A stretch of DNA of 64,000 nucleotides from Deltaproteobacteria bacterium (GTDB lineage: Bacteria > Myxococcota_A > UBA9160 > SMWR01), in the NCBI GenBank assembly GCA_032128115.1, contig JAQBHB010000023.1:1-64000 (forward strand), given 5' to 3'. This document shows positions 58,199 through 64,000 of the stretch, one piece after another. Position numbers and translations under genes: made by a program. The notes below the pieces were generated by a model. That model saw nothing but the letters and a program-made list of their open reading frames with translations. It made no database searches and was not told where the DNA came from. Position 1 is the first letter of the stretch. Every line of letters starts with the position of its first letter.

Positions 58199-59840
58199 TC
58201 GGAAGCCTTTCCGTGTAGTTGACCCTGTAGAGTCCGTACCTCGACGACACATACGCGATTCCGTTCTCGGTATCGAGTTTGACCCGTCTCAACCAGGGCC
58301 CCACTGTGTACTGGGCGACGATGCTTTCGCTCGCGAGGTCGATGACGGTCAGTCGATTCGTCGCAATGCTCGCAGAAAAAACCAGGTTTCGAACGGGATC
58401 CAGCGCCAGGCCGCGAACACCGAAGCTCGCCGGGAGGTCCGCTCTCCGTTCGAGTGTTTCGGCGTCATATCGAAGTACCGTAGAGTTCAGCGGCGAACCG
58501 ATCAGAACCTGATCGCTTCGCTCGTCGAAAACGATCCCATCAATGCGCGGTTCCGTGGCGACGGCTTTCCGGATCCGGTTTTGTTCGGTGTCGTAGGCGA
58601 CCAATTCCGCTCTTCGCCGAAAGAACGCCAGGTAGAGCACCGACCGGCTTGGGTCCATGATACCGCCGGAGCCCGCGTCGAGATCCATTCTCGTGCGCAC
58701 CCGCCCCGTCGCGAGTTCGAGCGCCGCAAAAGTGGGGCCCGATTCGATATCAGCCTCCGAGAGGAGGAAGATCTGCCCTGAGTCGGCGTCCGGAACCACC
58801 GTGACTTCCCCGGGCGCGAGCGGCGGAACCGAAAAGGAGCTGCGCGGGGAGAGTGTCGAGGCATCCAGCACGAGTAGTTCATCGGTGCGTGTCTTGAACA
58901 CGTACAGGGCATTCGTCTTAGGATCGTATCCGAAGTTTTCCGCGCGTTCGGTGTCAACCGGAGTCGTCCGCCGGGGAGCGAAGGGTGGACGGACATTGTA
59001 CGCCATCAGGTGTGGGGTGCCGTAGCCGCTGGCAAACAGCGTGCTCCGATCGGCGCTGAGCTCCAGCCAATGGACGTCTTCCTCGCCGAGCATCTCGACC
59101 GACGGATCGGGGTACCAGGTGCGCCGCAGTTTCAGCAGACCCGCGGGATAAACGGGGCTCCAGATTTCCCAACTGGTACTCGTCAGAAACAGCACAGCGA
59201 TCGCCGAGGTCGTGAGAACACCGGGAGCCCAGCTCGGTATCCACCGCCTCGCCTGCTTGACCGCGACGTGCTCTTCCCCGAGGCGAGATGCAAGCCAGCT
59301 CAGAAACGGCCTGGGCAGTAGCGCTTCCACGCCGACAGCGGCGGAATAGACCACTGCGCGAATGGAGTTCGCGACGTCCTTGCCTTGCCGCCCGCCGAAC
59401 GCGCGCGAAGGCTGCGTGTTGTAGGCGAGCAGCGCCGCGAGGGCGAGTGCCGCCGGAATGTCGAGAGGCGCCAAGAACCCGGCGCTCAGAGAGAAGAGTC
59501 CGAGAAACACCGTGAATCCGAATCCGAGTCGGGCCAGGCTGGCCGGCCTTTCCGACCGAACCGCGGCCCGGATGAAGCCAAAACCCACGGCGAGAAGAAC
59601 CAGTACGACCAAAAACAGAACGGCGCGCTCTGCGATCGTGCTCAGCAGATTGACCGTTACACCGGTCGGCCAGACCACCCCGACCACCGCCTCGATGATG
59701 GAAACCAACGCCTCCCGAAAGACATAGAGAAGCGCCAGTAGCAGAGGCAGTCGCAGCGTTACCCAGAAGAGCAGTGCGGCGTGGCCGTTCGAGCTCTTCG
59801 GCGATATCTGATCGTTTTGAACTGACGCCGCGTTGTCCAC
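58191..59840 (-). CDS. Membrane protein with a C-terminal YncE-like beta-propeller
   Basis: About 6 N-terminal TM helices, then propeller-like blades (LELSADRSTLF, FGYDPKTNALY, VRGLALDP). Confidence 0.7.
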   Translation of the reverse strand: MDNAASVQNDQISPKSSNGHAALLFWVTLRLPLLLALLYVFREALVSIIEAVVGVVWPTGVTVNLLSTIAERAVLFLVVLVLLAVGFGFIRAAVRSERPASLARLGFGFTVFLGLFSLSAGFLAPLDIPAALALAALLAYNTQPSRAFGGRQGKDVANSIRAVVYSAAVGVEALLPRPFLSWLASRLGEEHVAVKQARRWIPSWAPGVLTTSAIAVLFLTSTSWEIWSPVYPAGLLKLRRTWYPDPSVEMLGEEDVHWLELSADRSTLFASGYGTPHLMAYNVRPPFAPRRTTPVDTERAENFGYDPKTNALYVFKTRTDELLVLDASTLSPRSSFSVPPLAPGEVTVVPDADSGQIFLLSEADIESGPTFAALELATGRVRTRMDLDAGSGGIMDPSRSVLYLAFFRRRAELVAYDTEQNRIRKAVATEPRIDGIVFDERSDQVLIGSPLNSTVLRYDAETLERRADLPASFGVRGLALDPVRNLVFSASIATNRLTVIDLASESIVAQYTVGPWLRRVKLDTENGIAYVSSRYGLYRVNYTERLPSE

Positions 59841-60096
59841 CAGCCCCCCAGCTTCAAAGCGACGACCCGGCTCCGCTCCGGGAAGGTACGGCGCGAAGGT
59901 GGATTCACGATTCTAGCAGTCCCGATCTGCTCACTCTGCCCCTTTGTCGATGCACACGGCCCGCGGGCAGGCCGGAAGCCTGCACGCAATCAAGCTGGAT
60001 CGATCTGAGGGAGGCAGGTCAGACGCTCAGCCCGACAGAATCTGACTTATCCTGTCTAGTGCTACGTCCTTCGCTCGAGAGAGGGAGAAGTCTGGC

Positions 60097-61794
60097 ATGC
60101 ACGGGCAGATTCCGCAGCAGGATCGACGCTTGGGGATCCTGGTCTTCGCAGCGAGCACGGCGTGTCTTCTGCCAGGCGCTTTCTGGGGTCTGCCGACCGG
60201 AAAGGCTGTCGCAGGGGCGCTGCGAGTGGTCGATGGCCAGGTCCCGTACCGGGACTTTTGGAGCATGTACGCCCCCGGTCAATTCTACGCCATCGCCGGA
60301 CTGTTCTGGATCTTCGGCCGGGAGATCCTGGTGCAGGCGGTCGCCGCGGTGCTGGTTCGCGCCGCTTCGGCGGCGGTATTCTTCCTGCTCCTGAGGCGCA
60401 CCGGATCGCCTCGAGGGTTGTCGCTTCTTCTCGCTGGACTCTTTGCTGGAATGTTCTGGGCGACAGGGCCAGAACTCACCACGTACCCCCCAGCCCTGTT
60501 GTTCCTCCTTCTGGCCCTGGACCGGGTGACGAGTTATCTGCAAGGGGACGGGGCAGGTCGGCTGTATTGGGCTGGCTGCTGGGTCGGTCTGGCGGCTGTG
60601 TTCAAGCACGATGTGGCCGCCTACTTTGCGGCGGGAATCGGAGCCAGCCTGTTTCTCGCATGGCTGCGAGCCGGCGATCAGCGCCCAGCACTTTGGATCA
60701 CGCCAGGGGCGGCCGTACTTCGTTTCGGCGCCAGTGCGCTTGTCGCCCTGCTGCCGTGTCTCGCGTGGCTTACGTGGTCGGCTGGCGTCGAAGCATGGCA
60801 AGACCTCCTCGTGTTTCCAGCGACAACCTTTGTGCAGCTCAAAAACGAAGGCGATCCGGGGCTGTTCCCGCCGTTGGGCCTGCTCGTAGGATGGCTTCGC
60901 GATCCGACGAACCTGCGAGTCGGGCACACGGCGGTTTTCGGGATCTCGACCTGGGTTCTGCTCAATCTCCCACAGTATATATTCGCTGGCGCGGTTTGGG
61001 TCGTCGCAAGCCGGCCTCGCCTCCTCGACGCGACGGCCGCGGCCACCGCAATCCTCTGGCTCAGCTGCATGCCTCTCTTCTGGATGGCATCCCGCGTAGA
61101 CACCAATACGCATGTCTATTCGATGGCGGTGCTGTCCTTCCCGTTATGGGCCATGGCGTGGCAGCTGTCGGCTCGTTCCAACCGATGTCGCCGTCTTCTC
61201 CGCCCGGTCCTGGGCACCTTGATGGTCGTATATGCCATTGGTGTTCTCATTCCACCTGCGACGCAGGTGTTTAGAGTGTTGATCGAATGGTCGGGCAGCA
61301 GCGTTCTCGACCTGCCCGGCGTCCGAGGTGTCCGTCTGGGCGCCCGAGAGCACGCCTACTACGACCCCATTGCCAGGTTCTTTCGCGAGCACACGCGTGA
61401 GGACGAACGGATCTACGTGGGGTTGCTTCGTCATGACGCAATCGTCATCAGCAAGCCGAATCTCTACGCGGTGACGGGACGAGCGTCTTGTTGCCGCTAC
61501 AGCGAGCTTCATCCGGCAGTTGCCGATCGCATCGCCGCCCACCGCGAGATCATCGCGGATCTGGAGCACCATGACGTCCGGGGCATCATCCTCTGGAAAT
61601 TCGGTTGGTCCAACGATGTATTGGATGAGTTCAAGGCTCGCAGCATCGCCGCGGTAGCCGATGGTGGCTCAACGATGCTCGATGAATACATCGCCGAGCG
61701 ATTCGAGCCCATCGCTCAGTACGATGAGTACATCGTGATGTGGCGGAAGGACCTGCCGAAGCCCATCGAGCCGCGACCCCCCACAGCCAGATAG
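60097..61794 (+). CDS. GT-C-like membrane protein
   Basis: GQVPYRDFW..YAPG, FKHD, many TM helices, C-terminal soluble domain. Confidence 0.8.
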   Translation: MHGQIPQQDRRLGILVFAASTACLLPGAFWGLPTGKAVAGALRVVDGQVPYRDFWSMYAPGQFYAIAGLFWIFGREILVQAVAAVLVRAASAAVFFLLLRRTGSPRGLSLLLAGLFAGMFWATGPELTTYPPALLFLLLALDRVTSYLQGDGAGRLYWAGCWVGLAAVFKHDVAAYFAAGIGASLFLAWLRAGDQRPALWITPGAAVLRFGASALVALLPCLAWLTWSAGVEAWQDLLVFPATTFVQLKNEGDPGLFPPLGLLVGWLRDPTNLRVGHTAVFGISTWVLLNLPQYIFAGAVWVVASRPRLLDATAAATAILWLSCMPLFWMASRVDTNTHVYSMAVLSFPLWAMAWQLSARSNRCRRLLRPVLGTLMVVYAIGVLIPPATQVFRVLIEWSGSSVLDLPGVRGVRLGAREHAYYDPIARFFREHTREDERIYVGLLRHDAIVISKPNLYAVTGRASCCRYSELHPAVADRIAAHREIIADLEHHDVRGIILWKFGWSNDVLDEFKARSIAAVADGGSTMLDEYIAERFEPIAQYDEYIVMWRKDLPKPIEPRPPTAR

Positions 61795-62031
61795 CATCTC
61801 CGGCAACCTGTCGTGAGGCTTCCCGACTTCAGACCTGGATCGACTTTGGAGTTCGGCAGGTGTACACCTTGCCATCGTGAAGAGACTCGTCGAACCGCGG
61901 ATGAGTCCGGGAAGGAGACGGTCGACCGGTGGTTGAGACTCCTTCAGGAAACTCGAGCGAAGACGGGATGACGAGTGGGTCGCGCATCGGCGTGACGTTC
62001 CGGTGGCGCTTCGTGTGATCGGAGGCGCGAC

Positions 62032-63456
62032 GTGACCGACGCTTTGCCGAACCCGCCGTTGCGGCTCGTCCGTAGCTTTCTGTCCCTGTCGGGGGCTGAG
62101 GTCATCAGCAAGGCCCTGATGCTGGTGACGTTCGCTTTCGTGGCGCGGATTGCCGGCCCGAGCGGGTTCGGATATCTGGAGTTCGCCTCCTCCGTCGTGT
62201 TGTGCGGCGGGTTTCTCGTCGACCAGGGGTTCGGCGTCTACGGCGCCCGGGAGATCGCGAGGTCCCCGGGGTCGACGGTACGGCTCGTCTCCGAGGTGAC
62301 CAGCCTGCGGCTGGTTCTGGCGGCGGCAGTCTATGCCGGGCTGGTCGTGTTCACCTTGGTGGTCGACCGCCCCGCTGAGGTCGATCTGTTGATCCTGCTC
62401 TACGGACTCGGCTTGTTCTTCATACCGTTCATGTTGCAGTGGGTGTTCCAGGGCCGTGACCGGATGGGCGTCGTGGCGATGATGCAGATCGTGCGAACCG
62501 GGGTGTTCGCGGTTGCGGTGTTCGCGCTTCTGCGGGAGAGCGGGGGCCTGTGGCCCGTCGCCATCGGCGAGCTGTCGGGGGCGGCCGCCGTGGTCATCAT
62601 GTCGATCTGGCTCTATCGAAGTCAGCTCGGGCTCCGCATCCCGATGAAGTTCCTGCTCACGTCGCGGCCCCTCCGAGCGGGCTCGACGATCGGCCTCGGT
62701 CAACTTTTGTGGTCCCTGCGGATGTACGGTGCCATCATCGTCATGGGCTTTGTTGCGTCGGAAGCGGATGTCGGCTTCTTCGGCGCCGCCATGCGCATAG
62801 CGATCGGCCTCAACGCGTTCGTTTGGCTCTATTTCTTCAACCTGCTGCCGTCGATGTCGCGGACGTGGCATCAGGAGCCGGATTCGTTCCAGCGGCTGAT
62901 GGGCCGATCGATCCGGACCTCCGGGTGGCTCGCCGTCGGCGGCGGGATCGTGTGGGTTTTGCTGGCGCCGGTGGTGATTCGATTGGCCTACGGTGGTGCG
63001 TTCATGCCGGCGACCGCGACCCTGCAATGGATGAGCGGGCTCTGCATCCTGGGGGCGATCCACGGCAACTTCCGGTTCGGCTTGATTGCCGCCGAGCACC
63101 AGCGCTACGCGACGGCTTCCGCCGGGCTCGGAACCCTGATCGCGCTCGTGTCGATCCCGTTCGCCTATACGCGCTGGGGACTCTCGGGTGCCGCCCTTGC
63201 GTTGATCGCCGGCGAAATCGCTGTATGGATCAGCTCGTTTCTGTTCAGCCGCCGTCTGCTGGGCCTGGACGGCCCGCTCCGAAACCTCGGTCGCCCGGTC
63301 GTGGCGGGGGCCGTGCTGCTCGGCTTGCTGTGGTCACTGCCTCAGGCAACACCAGCACTTGCGCGGTTCGGGGTCACGCTCATCGGGCTCGGCGTTGCGC
63401 TCTACGCGAGCGAGGACCGATTTCGAGAGGAAATCGCCCGTCGGCTCTGGAGATGA
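62032..63456 (+). CDS. Wzx flippase
   Basis: ARIAGPSGFG, DQGF..YGAREIA, WVFQG, VGFFGAAMR; 12-14 TM helices. Confidence 0.92.
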   Translation: MTDALPNPPLRLVRSFLSLSGAEVISKALMLVTFAFVARIAGPSGFGYLEFASSVVLCGGFLVDQGFGVYGAREIARSPGSTVRLVSEVTSLRLVLAAAVYAGLVVFTLVVDRPAEVDLLILLYGLGLFFIPFMLQWVFQGRDRMGVVAMMQIVRTGVFAVAVFALLRESGGLWPVAIGELSGAAAVVIMSIWLYRSQLGLRIPMKFLLTSRPLRAGSTIGLGQLLWSLRMYGAIIVMGFVASEADVGFFGAAMRIAIGLNAFVWLYFFNLLPSMSRTWHQEPDSFQRLMGRSIRTSGWLAVGGGIVWVLLAPVVIRLAYGGAFMPATATLQWMSGLCILGAIHGNFRFGLIAAEHQRYATASAGLGTLIALVSIPFAYTRWGLSGAALALIAGEIAVWISSFLFSRRLLGLDGPLRNLGRPVVAGAVLLGLLWSLPQATPALARFGVTLIGLGVALYASEDRFREEIARRLWR

Positions 63457-63467
63457 CCCGACCGGTG

Positions 63468-64000
63468 CTACTCCACTTCTTCGATCGCCTTCCCGGGGCC
63501 CACCAGATAGCCGAGCCACTCTCCGCAGGTGAATGCGATCACGACTGGCACCAGAAGCGGCAGCGCTCTCACGAACCGTCCTCTTAGCCGTGCACTCCCG
63601 GTCGCGTGAACCCGGCGCGCGATCCGCGTGAGCAGGAACAGCGGAAAAATCGGGAACGCCACCAGGTGCGCCAACCGGACCCCTACCGAGACCCGATGTC
63701 GCTGGGTCCCGCCCCATACCCGGCTCAGCAGATAGCGCTGGCGCAGGTAGTAGCGGTAGTCGAACGGTCCGGTGTGAGCGAGGCCCATCTCGGGAACCGA
63801 CCGCATCGAGGCGCCCGAGGCCTCGAGCTGCGGGTGCAGGGCGATCGCCCAGTAGCTGTCCCCGAGGGTCGCGCGGTTCTCGATCAGGCAATCGCGGCGG
63901 TAGGCAGCGTTCGCGTCGTTGATCCAGTTGCGCGGACCGGGGGACCACGGCGGCAGGTCGTTGTGGTATTCCGAAAAGTAGACCACCCAGTCGCGAATGC
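63468..64000 (-). CDS. GT2-like protein, C-terminal part (starts beyond the window end)
   Basis: Open frame to the window edge; YFSEY, NAAYRR, C-terminal hydrophobic helices ending GEWLGYLVGPG. Confidence 0.7.
   Translation of the reverse strand, partial: IRDWVVYFSEYHNDLPPWSPGPRNWINDANAAYRRDCLIENRATLGDSYWAIALHPQLEASGASMRSVPEMGLAHTGPFDYRYYLRQRYLLSRVWGGTQRHRVSVGVRLAHLVAFPIFPLFLLTRIARRVHATGSARLRGRFVRALPLLVPVVIAFTCGEWLGYLVGPGKAIEEVE

Noticed and set aside
1126..63587. Many long alternative-frame or antisense ORFs (e.g. 9232-11457, 15650-18100, 18143-20428, and the upstream part of 42438-44801)
   Set aside because: Arg/Pro/Gly-rich shadows of real genes, expected in high-GC DNA; no recognisable motifs.

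Overview
GC-rich bacterial DNA. The gene style suggests a Myxococcota/Deltaproteobacteria-like organism, but that is an inference. No rRNA, tRNA or CRISPR array was seen. The first ~11 kb holds mixed metabolic and signalling genes: an SGNH protein, an adenylate cyclase-FHA fusion, DUF924, a nucleosidase, a methyltransferase, a GNAT, a flavin-binding protein with a divergent MocR regulator, a homocysteine S-methyltransferase, a Gfo/Idh/MocA oxidoreductase, and two genes with sigma-54-like promoters. The rest is a large mosaic cell-surface glycosylation region. It contains about 8 GT-C-type membrane glycosyltransferases, SGNH and sulfatase-fold modifiers, two PEP-CTERM proteins, exosortase plus EpsI, WecB/TagA, a Wzy/ligase, two Wzx flippases, GT2/GT4 enzymes, FkbM and other methyltransferases, a GH74-like secreted protein, a DegT aminotransferase and a cytochrome c-PQQ sugar dehydrogenase. 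The region is heavily remodelled: IS21 and IS3 scraps, gene stubs, a 282-bp diverged direct repeat, an operon eroded by apparent microhomology deletions, and many short tandem duplications. The best candidate for an undescribed system is at 44.9-48.3 kb. There, a flavoprotein carries a C-terminal membrane domain that recurs as the next stand-alone gene, followed by a GT2 and a GT-C stub, which resembles a Gtr-like sugar-transfer module with a non-GtrA membrane component.
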